Assembly: GCA_964016885.1 (NCBI GenBank)
Contig: OZ024743.1
Location: forward strand, 127,410,001-127,474,000
Direction of reading: 5' to 3'
DNA: 64,000 nucleotides
DNA from: Eledone cirrhosa
Taxonomy: Eukaryota
This document shows positions 13,100-27,268 of this stretch, one piece after another (the first letter of the stretch is position 1; each line of letters starts with the position of its first letter). Under the pieces are notes generated by a model. The model searched no databases and was not told the origin of the DNA. It saw nothing but the letters and a program-made list of their open reading frames with translations. Made by a program: the position numbers and the translations under genes.

Positions 13100-16000
13100 C
13101 TATGAGCACAACAAATGAGATTTGCAACAACTGCGTCAACAGCAATAACAGTAACCAAGTTAGAGCTGCGCACGGTAGTGGGGTGGCTTGTGAGGCCATG
13201 TGCGAGAACCTCCCCGACCGTCATCAAGCAATCGCACAACAGGAAAAAGAACGAGACGTCGCTTCTCAGAGTTGCCACACTTAATGTTGGCACTCTAACA
13301 GGTAGATCTGGTGAGATAGTGGAGATCCTGGAGAGAGGGCATGTGGATGTGTGCTGTGTGCAAGAGGTGAGATGGAGAGGTGCCTCTGCAAGACTAATCG
13401 CAGGCAAACATCTGAGTTATAGGCTTTTCTGGGTGGGTAATGATGATGGTTAGGTGGGGTAGGCATATTATTGGCTGAGAGATGGATCAATAAGACAATA
13501 GAGGTAGTTAGAGTTAGTAATAGAATAATTAAGCTTAGATTAGTTGTAGGCAAGAGACTACTGACAATCATCTCTGCCTATGCTCCCCAGGCAGGCCTAG
13601 GTAAAAAAGAGAAAGACTGCTTTTACAGAGCAACTGTTATAAACAGCCTCAATGACAGAGGACAGAGACATCGTTATGCTAGCAGGGGACTTCAATAGTC
13701 ATGTTGGACAGCTCCAGGATGGATACACTGGGGTACATGGTGGGCACGGTTACGGTTCAAGAAATGAAGAAGGAGTGAGGCTTCTTGAATTAGAAAACAC
13801 TAACTTCCAGAAGCCTACCAACCACCTAATAACCTACAAATCAGGCGATCACATAAGCCAGATTGACTTCCTGCTAGTTAGACAGCGAGACAGACAGATG
13901 GTGTCAAATACTAAGGCATACCCCAGGGAAGAATGTACCCACAGCATAGGTTAGTCGTTAGTGACATCTCAGTAAGTAAGAGAAAGAATGAGACATACAG
14001 GAAGGTGTGGAAAAGAAAGGTCTGGAAGCTAAAAGACCTTTCATTAAAATATAAATTTAGCAAAGCCCTTCAAAATGTGTATGATGAAAAAGAAGACGAT
14101 TTAGAATTGTATGACATAGATGATAACTGGAATTTCTTGCATGATAACTTACTGCAGGCTACTGAAGAAACTTGTGGTTGGGGCAGAGCTTCAACCAGAC
14201 AAAGAGTGACTTGGTGGTGGAACAGCACGGTAGATATGGCCATTAGAGACAAAAGACTGGCATGGAAGACTTGGAAAAATGGTGTGAGTAGAGAAGGATA
14301 CACAACCGCTATGAGAGAAGCTAGACATCAGGTATACTTAGCACGCAGGGAGGCTGAGAGTAGCAGGTTTGCCAATGTTCTGCGACGGGAAGATCAGAGA
14401 CGTGTGGTGTTTCGCGTTGCAAGGCAGTGTGTCAGTGCAAATCAGGATGTTGTTGGAGATAAGTGTGTCCAGAATATATATATATATAGAGGTTATATTT
14501 ATTTTGTTGGGATACAATAAACAAAATATTTTTATAACTGATATAAAGCACTCAACAAATTATTGGAGTAAATATACACCATAGTTTGTCTTGGTGGCCC
14601 TTGAAATATGTATAATGAAATAAATATGGTTTTATAAATACAGTTTCCATTTGTTAATATATATATATGAGGCACATGGCTTAGTGGTTAGAGCATTCGA
14701 AAGATTGTGAGTTCAACTCTCAGACTGGGTGATGTGTTGTTTCCTTGAGCAAGACACTTTATTTCACATTGCTCCAGTTTACTCAGCTGTAGAAATGAAA
14801 TAATAGGACTGGAGTCCCTATCATTCCACTGAAAAGTGGTTGTGGAGGTGCCAAGCAAAAAAGCACCCAGCCCACACTGTAAAGTGGACGTGTAGGCGCC
14901 ACAGAGAAAAAAAGCACCCAGCACTCACTGTGAATGAGGTTGGTGTTAGGAGGCCTGGAAATGTCATTATGAGAGACTGATGAATGTGGAGAACGAATGG
15001 GAGAGAGAGAAATTACTCCCAGTAGACCTGACAGAGGGACCATCTATTGAGATTGATGAATATATGGTACAAGAGGCAATCAAGGAAATGAAGAATGGTA
15101 AGGCTGCTGGACCGTCGGGGATAGTTGCTGAGATGCTGAAGGCATCAGGGGACGTAGACACTAAACTGGTTGCACGCATCATCAATCAGGCTATATATGG
15201 CGGTGTCATACCCAAAGACTGGTGCAGCAGTATTCTCATAAATTGCTACAAAGGTAAAGGGGATGCTCTGGAGAGGAGCAATTATAGGGGCATAAAGCTG
15301 ATGGATCAGGTTATGAAAGTGGCAGAGAGAATATTAGCGCAACTGATTAGAGAAAGGGTCAAATTAGATGAGATGCAGTTTGGTTTTGTGCCTCGGAAAA
15401 GTACAACAGATGCCCTCTTCTTGGTGAGGCAACTACAAGAGAGGTTCTTAGAGAAGAATAAGCCACTGTACTTAGCTTTTGTTGACCTAAAGAAGGCCTT
15501 TGATAGGGTACCCCAATCTGTCATCTGGTGGTACCTAAGGAACCTAGGTGTAGAGGAATGGCTTGCGAGGACAGTGCAAGCTATGTACAGGGGTGCTGTC
15601 AGTAAAGTGAGAGTAGGAATGGAGTTTAGTGAGGAATTCCAGATACAAGTAGGTGTACATCAGGGTTCGGTCCTCAGCCCGCTCTTGTTCATCATAGTCC
15701 TCCAAGCCATAACAGAGGAGTTTAAGACTGGATGCCCATGGGAACTTCTCTATGCTGGTGATCTGGTTTTTATAGCAGAATCAGTAGAGGAGCTAGAGAA
15801 TAAATTCTGGCTATGGAACAGCAGTTGGAATCAAGAGGACTGAGAGTGAACATAGCTAAAACAAAAGTGTTGATAAGTAGAAGAGAGGACAAAACTCTGA
15901 TTCCGTCAGGGAAATGGCCATGTTCGATATGTAGGAAAGGAACTGGCATAAATTCCATAAAATGTACGCAATGCAGATCTTGGGTACACAAGAGATGTAG

Positions 16001-16245
16001 TGGTATAGCAGGGAAACTAACATGTAGGGAAAACTATGTATGCAGTAGATGTACAAGGAAAGTTGGCAGTAGTAATCGCAATGATAGACTCATTTTTCCA
16101 ATGCAGGTGGGTTCTATAGACGTGGTTGATAGCTTCCGGTACCTAGGTGATCAGATTAGCATGGGAAGAGGGTGTTCCGAGGCCATAGTATCTAGAATAA
16201 GGATGGGTTGGAAGAAGTTTAGGGAGCTGCATCCAGCAGAACATC
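13100..16245 (+). mobile_element. Decayed RTE-clade LINE (APE + RT + PHD-like Cys cluster), interrupted at ~14472-14950
   Basis: APE motifs ATLNVGTL, CCVQEVRW, ISAYAPQ, AGDFNSH, SQIDFLL. RT motifs NYRGIKL, AFVDLKKAFD, GVHQGSVLSPLLF, LYAGDL. Frameshifts and stops present. Confidence 0.92.
14668..14950 (+). mobile_element. SINE family B nested in the RTE
   Basis: Same head, CORE-like block and internal repeats as the copies at 3008 and 26688. Confidence 0.8.
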
Positions 16246-17120
16246 AAGGATGTGACAGCTAGAAAGACAGAGGGCTGCTCTAGCAATGGGCTAGTGCTTT
16301 CTTTATTGACCCAGAAAGGATGAAAAACAAAGTGGGTTATCACTGAGAGTCACAACAAATATTGCAATACATTCTATGCAATATTCTAATGACACTGTCT
16401 TATTAAGAGACAACAGAATAAAAGTACTAGAGAAATCATTATTGTTTTTATGTCCACTTTTCCATACATTGGATAGGAATTTTTGGATAGGCAATGTTTT
16501 ACTTTTAGTTGCCTCTTATGACACCCAAGTATTCGAAGATCAGCAAGTATTTTAAAGACATTTTCCCTGTTGAAACATGAATTAGCTTTGCAGGCCCCCA
16601 TGAAAGGCTTTGTGCTCATCATTGAGTCCTTCCTGAAGTAATGTTTTCCAGCCACATACCTTTTCTAGCACCAACCCTTGCAGGGATATGGTGTATCTAT
16701 TCTAAAGTAGATGCGCACAACACAAATACTGGAATTGTTTATGAAAGGATCTTACTTTGCTACTAATGCTTATCCAAATTGTAAAATTGTAGGCCCATGC
16801 CAATTGGCTTAGCTGGCCCCACCCTCATATCTAGTCTGAATGTATATCATAGATGCCCAGTCCATCCATAGCAATGACCATTGGTAAGATTTCTAGGATG
16901 GACAAATGGACACAACATTCCAGTGAAACATTTCAAGCCGGAAATTAAAAAAGGAAAGTTTTCATGTTGCACACAATTAGATTCTGGCATGAATGAGGGG
17001 ATTAAACCAATAATTAAATACATTTTTGTACTTACTAGAGAAATGGTGCAGTGGTAGGCTAGGTTTGTTGCTTTGAGGTGGTTGGGTGGTTGGAATGACA
17101 ATAATGTTGCAACAATAGTG

Positions 17121-17152
<32 letters not shown>

Positions 17153-17584
17153 GATGATAATTCTGATAATAATAGTAATACTAATAATAATAACAATAAA
17201 CCACTTGACATTGTTAATATGGTATGTAATCTTATTCTACTGTGCTTCATTCAACATAGTATCATCATCCTATTCCTCTCCCTCTTACACTCACACAGAT
17301 GAATGCATACACACAGGCTCATACGCATGTACATGTGTACCACATACATACACATGAACATAAATACACAGACACATTCGCACACGGATACATGCATACA
17401 CGCAGGCACATATACACACAGCAACACATACAACATGCACACACACACACACATACACAATACACAACTCATAGCCAACAGAAACACACACATGTACACC
17501 ACCACCACCACAGACATTCATAAAATAATTACTGTAGACAGGAAGAAGCAATAAGGCCAAAGAGAAAAAAATATTATCAACAAC

Positions 17585-17900
17585 ATGATGATGATGGTGG
17601 TAGTGGTGGTGGTGGTGGTAGTGGTGGTGGTGGTGGCGGTGGTAGCGGTGGTAGTGGTGGTAGTGGTGGTGGCGGTGGTAGTGGTGGCGGTGGTAATGGT
17701 GGTGGCGGTGGTAGTGGTGGTAGTGGTGGTAGTGGTGGTGGCGGTGGTGGTGTTTTGTGGTGGCGGTGGTAGTGGTGGCGGTGGTAATGGTGGTGGCGGT
17801 AATGGTGGTGGCGGTGGTAGTGGTGGCGGTGGTAGTGGTGGTGGTGTTTTGTGGTGGCGGTGGTGGTGTTTTGTGGTGATGGTGGCGGCGATGACGCCGA
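17585..17900. repeat. Imperfect (GGT/GGC/AGT)n trinucleotide tract
   Basis: Read directly; it explains the poly-V/poly-T ORFs. Confidence 0.9.
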
Positions 17901-18029
17901 TGACCACCCTCATCATCATCACCACCACCGTCATTAACATCATTGTTATTCTAATTGTTGTTGCTATTGTTATTATTTCTTATTAAAAAAAGAAAGAAAT
18001 GATTATTATCATTATTATTATTTTTACTT

Positions 18030-18640
18030 TTATTTGGTGGCTCGGCAGTATCTGTAGAGCGTCGGGCACCATGCTTTGCAGAATATAGTGATGCCCCTTT
18101 ACATTCAAATCCCGCTGAGGTTAGCTTTGTCTTTCATCCTTATATGGTTGATAAAATAAATTAAGAAGTCAATATAATAAAGCACGAGTAACACACTGCA
18201 GCCAATTTAATTTACTTTCTTCTTCCCTTAAAATTGCTGGCCTTGTGCCAAAAGTAGAAACAATTATTATTATCATTATTTGGTAGATTGGCAGTATTGG
18301 TAGAGCATTGGACAAAATGCTTTGCACTGTTTAAACTTTCTACATTCTGAGATCAAATCAACTTCACTTTTCAACCTTCTGGGGTTAAGTACTGGGGTTG
18401 ATATAATCGACTTTCCCTCCCAACAAATTGCAGTAGAATAGTGATAATAATAGAAACAATTATTATTATTAGGGTGGTGGATTGGCAGAACCATTAGAGC
18501 ACTAGAAGAAATACTCTGTGGAATTTTTTCTGTTCAGATCCCACTGTGGTCTATTTTACAGTCAAGCACTGGGGTCAAAACATTCAACTTTCCCTTCCCC
18601 TCAATTTCTGGCCTTGTGCCAAAATTAAAAATCATTATTA
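18030..18640 (+). mobile_element. Cluster of three old, diverged SINE family A-like copies
   Basis: Repeated ttggcag...agagc heads and ctggccttgtgccaaaa...attattatt tails. Confidence 0.6.
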
Positions 18641-19039
18641 TTAAGGTGGTTTTCAAATTCCATTTGGAAAGGAAGGTGAGGGTAGAGAGGGAAGTCTACC
18701 CCCCAACACATTTGTTAAAAGATCAGTGAATGACTCAAGTGAATGTGCCTAAAGAGTGTAGAGAGGATAGAGACAATTTCCTATGGTGTTCTGTGGGATT
18801 CTGAAATGACCCTTGGGTAGTGCCTCCCCTCATTGAGGAATTCTTTTGTTATGAATTTTTTCTTTATTTGTTAATTGTTTTCTTTCTTTCTACACTTTTC
18901 TTTATATGTAAACTCCCACTGTCCCTGTCTATTGTCTTGTCAATAATGTTTTCAGCCTTAGTAACCAATAAAGAAATCATTATCAATTAGATGAACCTAC
19001 TGGGATTGGGGAATGCGAAGTAATCTATGTGACATGGAA

Positions 19040-19660
19040 CTAACTCATCCTCCATGCTGCAGATGTCCATCTCACCCTCCCCTGCGTAGATATCCAGTCC
19101 TCCCAAAACAAATGAGATGTCATCCAGTGCAACACAACTTCAGACAGGCTGACGCACCAGCTTGACCAGCACCACATAGCATATTTTTGCTCAGTCTCCC
19201 AACCTCACTGTGGTACCTGGTTTAATGCTGTACCATCTCTCTCAACTGACATTCAACTTGACAACACTGCTTGCACATCAATGTTTCCATGAAGCTTGAC
19301 CTCTAGATCTGAGCCTTGCAAATGCAACTGCAGATCCACTGTGAACTCTTTCAGCCTCCACCCTCTGTCATGTTGTTATAGTGCTGGCTGCCTCCCACAC
19401 CATGCTGCTCTCAATGAGAACATAAATCATTGTTTTGACACTGCATGTTTCCCTTGCCAGCTTGAGCCAGTGAGGTTTGACCGATGGGATAATAAAAGGC
19501 CAGACAGCATGACAATCTTCCCATGTTGGTAGGCCCCTCATCTGGAATGCTACATATTGCAATACCTTTTTCTAGTGGCAATCAGGTGCATTCAGCAACT
19601 ATCCCAGGCTTCACTGCTTGTCAGGCTGAAGAGGGCAAACTGTTGAAATATCAGTGGCTC
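19040..19660 (+). mobile_element. Decayed restriction-like-endonuclease non-LTR fragment (CRE-like)
   Basis: HPLSC...HHAALNENI...LEPVRFDRWDNKRPDSMTIFPCW matches the Zn-knuckle/RLE (RPD) C-terminus. Confidence 0.6.
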
Positions 19661-19719
19661 TCTTTTAGGGAAAAAATAATAAAGGGTTGATGAGGCACAT
19701 AATTTTTATTTCCTCATAT

Positions 19720-20169
19720 ACATATGATACGCATGGAAGATAGCAGCTGCATAAAGAAATACAGAGAAACTCCAGTGGTTGGGACCCATGGAAGAGGCAG
19801 ACCCAGGAAAACATGGGATGAGGTTGTAAGGACTGACTTTAGAAAGCTAAACCTTACAACAGAAATAACTAAAAAATGTGAGGGCTGGCGCTATGCAGTG
19901 CTGAAGAAGACCTGACTTGCAGCTTACAATATGACCTGACCTACTCCCCATTTCCACTAGCACTCCCTATCAGTTATTCTCAATTTTACTACTTCAACTC
20001 CCACCCTCACACACACTCACATTACTGGGTGCTTTACCCCACCCGCTCCGTGAACTGGTTGGTGATAGGAAGGGCTTCCAGGCATGAAGAGTTTACCAAG
20101 CAAACAAACAAAGGGTGAGGAGGATCCTTCAGTCATGTCATGGACATGACAACCTTCCTAGTGTTAATG
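19720..20169 (+). mobile_element. RTE LINE 3' fragment (continues at ~21390-21640 beyond the hAT insertion)
   Basis: MIRMEDSSCIKK...GRGRPRKTWDEVV. Tail aacccttgctagcagagaaagcagacatcaaaacgacaatgatgatg at ~21590-21640. Confidence 0.7.
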
Positions 20170-20177
20170 ATCTACAC

Positions 20178-21381
20178 CAAAGATTCTCAACAGGGGGCAT
20201 ATGCACCCCCAGGGGGCGTTTCGGAAATCCAGGGGGGAGTTTGGGAGCAAGGGGCATTAGGGCTCTATAATTTTCCTAGTGTCGCCAATGTTCAAAACAT
20301 TGTAAGCGATGACCAACTCCAAATTTATATCGCTCACCTCCGTGCGCTACAAGACAACGTGGGAGAACGGTTTGTCGACCTTTTGCCGATGGACATCCCA
20401 ATATGGATAGCAGATCCCTTCATAGCTAACGTCGATGATTTGGACGTTATATTTCAGGAAGAATTCATTGAACTTCAAGCAGATGACATGATCAAAATTA
20501 AATTTCCCAAAATAAGTGAACCCCTTTTTTGGATGCAAGAGGAAATTCAGCATCGATTTCCACACCTACATGCAGAGGCTAAGAGATTTGCTCTGCCTTT
20601 TCCAAGCTCATACTTAGTCAAGAGGAGGTTTGATGCTGTTTCCAGACTGCACAGTAAGACTCGCAACCGCTACAATGTAATTATATGTGGAGATCTCCGG
20701 CTACATCTTACGAAAAATCCAGCCTGACGTCAAAGAGTTAGCTAGACTCCATAAAGTTCAAGGGTTATTGTTACAAAGCAAACTAACAATTTTTTATATT
20801 TGTAGTTGCAGTCTGACTGGACTGGAAACCATCTACTACAATTCACTTACTCATTTGTTGTATATATTTTACCATTTACTAATAAATATACCCCCCCGCG
20901 TGGTCATGAAAACCCTCTTCCGTGGTCTCTAAGCTCACAAAGCAGAGGGGACATCAAGTTAGATATCAACATTTATTCTGTCTGTTTCATTAAAGGGAAA
21001 ATTGGAAAGCTTTGAAATGATATAATTGCCACTTTCTTCCAGATAAGAGCACTCTTTGGATAGACAGAGTTGCTCTTGTATAAATGTTCAAAATAGTTGG
21101 TATCGCCTGGTGGGAATATAACAAATTCAACTGGTCCTTATTCATAAAAAAGAACATTTATGTTCCTTTTTTTGAAATTTATATATTTCCTTTCAAGGAA
21201 TGTATTTATACTCTCAGCTGCCTGCAATGGTATCTTTGGAATATTGTTAATCAATTTTTTAGTAATCTACAGATATCAAAATCAGTAGTATATTGAAAAA
21301 TGGAAAAATAGGGTAGGGCGGCGTTTCGTGATTTCGAGGGACAAAAGGGGGCGTTTGGCCTAAATGGGTTGAGAACCTGTG
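20178..21381 (+). mobile_element. Non-autonomous Buster/Charlie-type hAT transposon
   Basis: TIRs caaagattctcaac / gttgagaacctgtg. Perfect 8-bp TSD ATCTACAC (20170-20177, 21382-21389) with central TA. Transposase C-terminus FPSSYLV...GDLRLHLT. Confidence 0.9.
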
Positions 21382-21794
21382 ATCTACACAATAAATGCAC
21401 CCAGTACACACTGTAACGGGATTGAAGACAAAGGATCGAAAGTACCGTTCAACGATGTCATGGGCATGACAACCTCTCCTGAGCACTTGATGGAATGTGA
21501 GACAATACATATGATAATTACTGATTCCCTGGCCTGCCTGAGAGATCACTGACTCCACTTCAGTACTGACTTAGTTTATATGGACCCAACCAACCCTTGC
21601 TAGCAGAGAAAGCAGACATCAAAACGACAATGATGATGAGGGAAATTCATAGTACACACACAAAAGGAAATTAGATCACTACAAAACTTAAATTTAAACT
21701 GATCTATTTATTCTTGTCTAATTTTGTGAATATTTTGTGTATGTATATATAACCTATCTATCTATCTATCTATCTATCTATATTATTATTATTA

Positions 21795-22025
21795 GGATGG
21801 TGAACTAACAGTATCGGTTGGGCGTCGGAAAACATGCTTTGCGGCATGTAATTATGGTTTTTTGCGTTTTGAGTTCAAATTCCACTGAGGTTAACTTTGC
21901 CTTTCATTCTTACTGAGTCAATAAAATAAAGCCCCAGTAATGCACTGGGGTCGATTAATCAACTTGCCCCTTCCCACCGAAAATTGTTGGCCTTGTGCCT
22001 AAATCAGAAACTATTATTATTATTA
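21795..22025 (+). mobile_element. SINE family A copy (longer variant)
   Basis: B box gagttcaaattcc, central domain and tail conserved. Confidence 0.75.
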
Positions 22026-23159
22026 TTAGAGTGTCAGGCACCCTGCTTCGTGGCATAGAGTTATGCTTTTCATCCTTTTGAGGTCTATAAAATACAAGTC
22101 CAGTATTGAGTCTGATTCATGCTGGTAGTTAAATTTATATACACCTTTACACAGTCTCAGTTACCTATACTGTATATATATATATTTCATCTTCCTGGGG
22201 TTGATAAAATAAAGTACCAGTCAAATATTGGGTTTAATATAATCTATTTTCTCCTCCTCTCAAATTGCTGGACTTGTGCCTAAATTAGAAATCACTATTA
22301 TTATTCTGCATCAATCTACACAACAGAGAGTATTTTTCGTATTTTATCATGGTACTAGTATTAACATTTTACAGTGTGTACTGGGTGCATTTTATCATGG
22401 TACTAGCAGAAGAGAAGTTGTCACATACATGCTTCTCCAGAATAAAGAGTCCTCTCAAACCAAATATTGTCTCCTTTTGATCATCAGCATTGTTGTCTCT
22501 GTCATCACACAACACTTGCTTTATTATTATTGTTGTTGTTATTGTCGTGGTTGTGGTGGTGGTTGCTATTGCTGATGGTTTGCTCAGTAAATATGATAAA
22601 TACTGATTTGCAACAAGGACCTTACTCAGACAGTACTTTCCTGGCTATATGTACAGGACCCAACAGGGCAGTCTTTTGTAAATAAGCAATTTGTGATTCA
22701 AAGTATATTTGCTCAAGATCAGTGTCACTGGTATTGAGCCCAAAGCTCCGAGGACAATTGGAATTGCCTTGATGTTGTTAAGTGGTATTGACTACATTTG
22801 TACAATTTCAATTTTCAATCTTATTATTATTGTTTGAATTTTTCCTCTTCAGTTTTATTTCTATTTCTTGCCGAGTGTCTTCCTGACACCGAGGTCATAG
22901 AAACTCACTGCATATATTGATAAACCACAAAAAATAAACACACCAGATTGTTCACATCATGCATTTTATGCAGTAACAAGAATATCATTTGCTTTATACA
23001 TGTGCACATTATCTGTTTAAAATCATATTTACAACAGAATGATATTCAATCATATAACAGTGCTCAATTATTTACAACTTACATAGTTATGGAATATAAT
23101 CAAATAAAATTGTTACTGTTGTTTTATTATTATTATTGTCATCATTATTATTATTATCA

Positions 23160-23352
23160 AGGGCGGTGGATTGGCAGTATCGGTAGAGAGTCGGACGCCA
23201 TGCTTTCCAGCATAGTTACGTCCCTTTACGGTCTGAGTTCAAATCCCGCCGAGGTTCACTTTGCCTTTCATCCTTACGGGGTCGATAAAATAAAGTACCA
23301 GTAATGTACTGGGTGATTGCTGGCCTTGTGCCTAAAGTAGAAACAATTATTA
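23160..23352 (+). mobile_element. SINE family A copy (young)
   Basis: Nearly identical to 33490-33676 and 60843-61017. Confidence 0.85.
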
Positions 23353-23354
23353 TT

Positions 23355-25310
23355 TTCATATGCCACAATTATTCACTACTGTTTTGGCAGCTGTCTACTG
23401 CATCTGGCAACAATCTGGGAACCTTACCATTCATTCTGAGAAAGGACCTGAATAAGGGAGACATGATAAAAAATTTCAGGCCCATAACTCTACTAAGTAC
23501 AGAGTTAAAGATATTAGTAAAAGTTATTACCAAGAAGTTGGTGCTTATCATCAGGAATATAGATCTGTGCAAACCTGTGTAATCACAGACAGATCTACCT
23601 TTAACAGTGAAACAGAACCTTTCAACATCACATGTTTCATTCATCATGGATGTACTCTTTCCTCCCTCATCTATATGTTGGCCCTAGAGCCATTACTGTA
23701 AAATTTGGAAACTCTGAAAGGCATCCCACTTGAAGTGAGCTACAGAAAAACCATAAGTGACTATGCCAATGAGGTCACCATGATGGTGTCAGACACATCT
23801 CCTGTAAAGGCTGTATGTAGGCACATACTGGAAGAATACCAGCAGGTGTCAGGTGCATGCATAAACTGACATGAGTCAATGGGCTTGCAACTTGGCTCAT
23901 GGAAAGACAAGTTCATGTCACCCAGCAGCAATTTCTGTCATTGGACTGAAGGAACTGAGAAGAGGTTTCAATCAGGGTGACTAGTTTCACTCAGAAATGG
24001 GCTGAGAGAAAACTGTCTTTGAAAGGTAGGACTGAAGTGGTGAATGGCTACATCGCTTCAGTAGTGTACTCACCACTGATCATTGTGCCTTGTCCCAAGA
24101 AACATCTGACCATTTTGGAATGCATACTCTTTCGTTTCTTGTGGAAAGGACAAGTTCCACTGGTCAAGAAATCCATCTACTGCCAACATCCATTCTGTGG
24201 ATGTCTTGGAATGCTATCACTGATGATATTCAGACATGCATTGTGGTTGTTGCACCTGCAGATATATCTCAACTTTCATGATGATGAAGGTGACAATGAA
24301 TCAACCTTGTTGGCTTTCATTGGATACATCTCCAGAGCTTGTTGTCTTGGCAGAGCTGCAGTCTTGAGTCAATCGCAGACTGGGGATGAGTGTCTGGCAT
24401 TTAGAATGGTACCAGGCACTCACAGCACTCTACCAGCTAGACAAAACAACCAGTGGCCTGAAAACAACACTTGCTTTCTATATAGGTTTAGTGGATGAAC
24501 TGAGTGACAGTGACCTAGGAACCACTCTGGTCATCAACAAGGATGGTCTAAGCAGACTCTTCTGGAAAACTTTCAAGTCAAGGTCCATGCACAATTTCCA
24601 AAAATGTTGGGCTTGGCACTGCTACAGGGAAGCATTACCTGTTGGAGACAATCTCTACTGGCACAGAAGTGCAAATAGCCAAACCTGTCTGAAATGCATG
24701 CAGGACAATGAAATCGTCCTGCATGCTATCCTTCAGTGTCCATGCATTACAGATTTGTTGGCTTGTGCTGAACAGCTGTTATCACATGTATGATGCATCT
24801 GGATGTCAGGTGAATCTATTGTAAACATTGAACCATTAGCTTCACTTGGCAAGCAAATGTGGCAAGTTTTCTTTGCAAAGTGGCTATTGTAAAAGAAGTT
24901 GTGGTGGACATGAGTGAAAGGCTTAAGAACTTTCCTTTCTAGCTAAGCCCTCATTAACTTTTCAAGTACCACTTGAAGAGGAAAGTGTGATTCTTTCTTC
25001 TAGAGTGTTTCATAAAATGTACTTTTCTAAGATAGGAAGAAAACAACTGGGGTGAGGGCACTTTCAATGCTTTAGGTGTTACAAGAGTAATCTGAGACTT
25101 TGTGTGGGGTTTTCACCCTGAATTATCCTAGGTAATCTTCCTCCATGTTGGAGAATTTTTCTTGTTGGAAATTTATTGATACATTTATTGTTTTTGTTGA
25201 TTTCAAACATTTTTTGATCAATGTAAACTCCACTTTGCATTATAATTTATCCTTGTATTGTCTTCAGCGTCTTGGGCCCCTGTGACCAATAAAAGAAATT
25301 ATTATTATTA
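23355..25310 (+). mobile_element. Decayed L1/Tx1-clade LINE (RT remnant plus C-terminal Zn finger)
   Basis: NFRPITLLSTELKIL, WAERKLSLKGR...VVN, LFRFLWKG, CLKC...E.VLHAILQC. 3' end aataaaagaaattattatt. A similar 3' UTR piece lies at ~18660-18985. Confidence 0.75.
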
Positions 25311-25581
25311 ATGGTGCTAATGTATTGCCTTGCTCTATGTTTCTGTTTTTTCCACCATATGTTAAACTGTAATTGACACCTACAACTCTTAGACACATCA
25401 GTCACTTTTCAGTGGACATATTGTGACAGCTCTGTTGTTGGCTACACATGTGGACAATGATGTGACTGTTTGTATATGTGTGTGTATGTGGGGTTTCATA
25501 ATATGCAAGTGTCAGCTGTGGTGTATAATAATTATCATTAAGTCTTCCCCTAATTTTGCATTGAATCATACACATACTCAC

Positions 25582-25616
<35 letters not shown>

Positions 25617-26194
25617 TGTATGTATGTATGTATGTATGTATGTATGTATGTATATATATATTGTGTGTGTGCGTACTAGCAGTGGTATTGCATGTTGATC
25701 AAGAAAAAAATGACTCAGGCAGTGGACACAATTTCTTCTTAAAGAATAATGACAATTCTACATAAATATATTATTTTAAACACACTGTTTATATTCATTG
25801 TAAAAGGGATACAAAGTTCTATAATTCTTTATATATATATGTACCTAGTTCACTACGAAAAGTGGTCAATGTTAGAAAGAGCATCAAGTTGTAGAAACCA
25901 TGTCAAAGCTTCTTTTGTTTTTTCTGACTGTGAAGTGGTGCATATGCATTTTAAACATTCGATATGACATTATCATCCATATTTTGCTGTCCATGTACAC
26001 TAATATTACACAACCATCCAAGCATGTTCATTTAATTTCACTTCAGCCTTCACATATCCTCTGCATTTACAGCTCCTGTTTCACTTCACACACAGGCATC
26101 ATACAGCTGGCTTGTGTATTCACCTAATTGGAAGGTTATCAAGTGACTGGTTGGTTTCCTAAAGTTAGTGTTGTAAATAGTTAGGTCATATTTA

Positions 26195-26670
26195 CATTAC
26201 ACTCCCTCTCCATTCCTCAAGACATATCCATAGCTACCATGTATTTGAGTTTGACTATCCTGCTGCTGCCCAATGTGTTCATTGAAGTCAACATCATCAG
26301 TTATTGAAGTTAACTGTAGGATGTCCTCATAGAAATAGTCCCTTTGTTCTATTTTAAATTCTGATTGTGGTGCATAGGTAGAGATAATTGTTATCATTCT
26401 ATTGCCTACAATCATTCTGAGTTTGATAATTTTATCATTTACTCTAATTACCTCGATTTCTTTATCTATCGATTTCTCAGCTAATAAAATACCTATCCCA
26501 CCTACTCCATCTTCATATCCTACCCAAAAGAGCTTATATATATGTATGTTGTTTGCTAGTGAAGTGTCTAGCTGAGACCCGCTTCCATTTCACCTCTTGA
26601 ACACAACACACATCTACTTGTTTCAACTAGAGCATCTCCACATTTTTTCCAGATCTACTTTTCAGTATCC
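26195..26670 (-). mobile_element. RTE APE-domain fragment
   Basis: TIISTYAPQ...DFNEHIG...GYVLRNGEG. Confidence 0.75.
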
Positions 26671-26687
26671 CATATCATGTATAAGTG

Positions 26688-27180
26688 AAGGTGCATGACT
26701 TAGTAGTTAGAGCATTAGGCTTGCAATCGAAAGGTTGTGAGTTCAATTCTCGGACCGGGTAATGTGTTGTTTCCTTGAGCAATATACTTTATTTCATATT
26801 GCTCAAGTTTACTCAGCTGTAGAAATGAGATGATAGGACTGGGGTCAATGTCATTCCACTGCAAAGTGGTCGTGGAGGTGCCACAGCAACAAAAAGCACC
26901 CAGCCCACACTGTAAAGTGGATGCGTAGGTGCCACGGAAAAAAAGCACCCAGCCCACCCTGTAAAGTGGACGCATAGGCGCCACGGAAAAAAAGCACCCA
27001 GCACTCACTGTAAATGAGGTTGGTGTTAGGAAAGGCATCCAGCAGTATAAATCAAGCCAGAATCAGTTCCCGTATGAGCAAGAGAAGGTCAGCCGACCTA
27101 ACATTGACCACAACAGGACAACCCATCTAACCCATGCTAGTGTGGAAGGTCGGACATAAAACGGTGATGATGATGGTGAT
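26688..27180 (+). mobile_element. Full-length SINE family B (tRNA head, CORE-like block, three internal repeats, RTE-like tail)
   Basis: All modules are visible; ends acccatgctagtgtggaaggtcggacataaaacggtgatgatg. Confidence 0.85.
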
Positions 27181-27268
27181 ATGTGTGTGTGTATGTACAT
27201 TTTCAGTCAATAACTACCAAATTAATTTCCAAGTTCACTAATAAATGTATGTTTTGTTCTGATTGCAG

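Noticed and set aside
17073-17986. Poly-I, poly-V, poly-T and HT-rich ORFs
   Set aside because: They are translations of (TAA)n, (CA)n and (GGT)n microsatellites.
22870-22915. Possible hammerhead (ctgacac...gaaactc)
   Set aside because: The core deviates from CUGANGA and no consistent stems I and III form.
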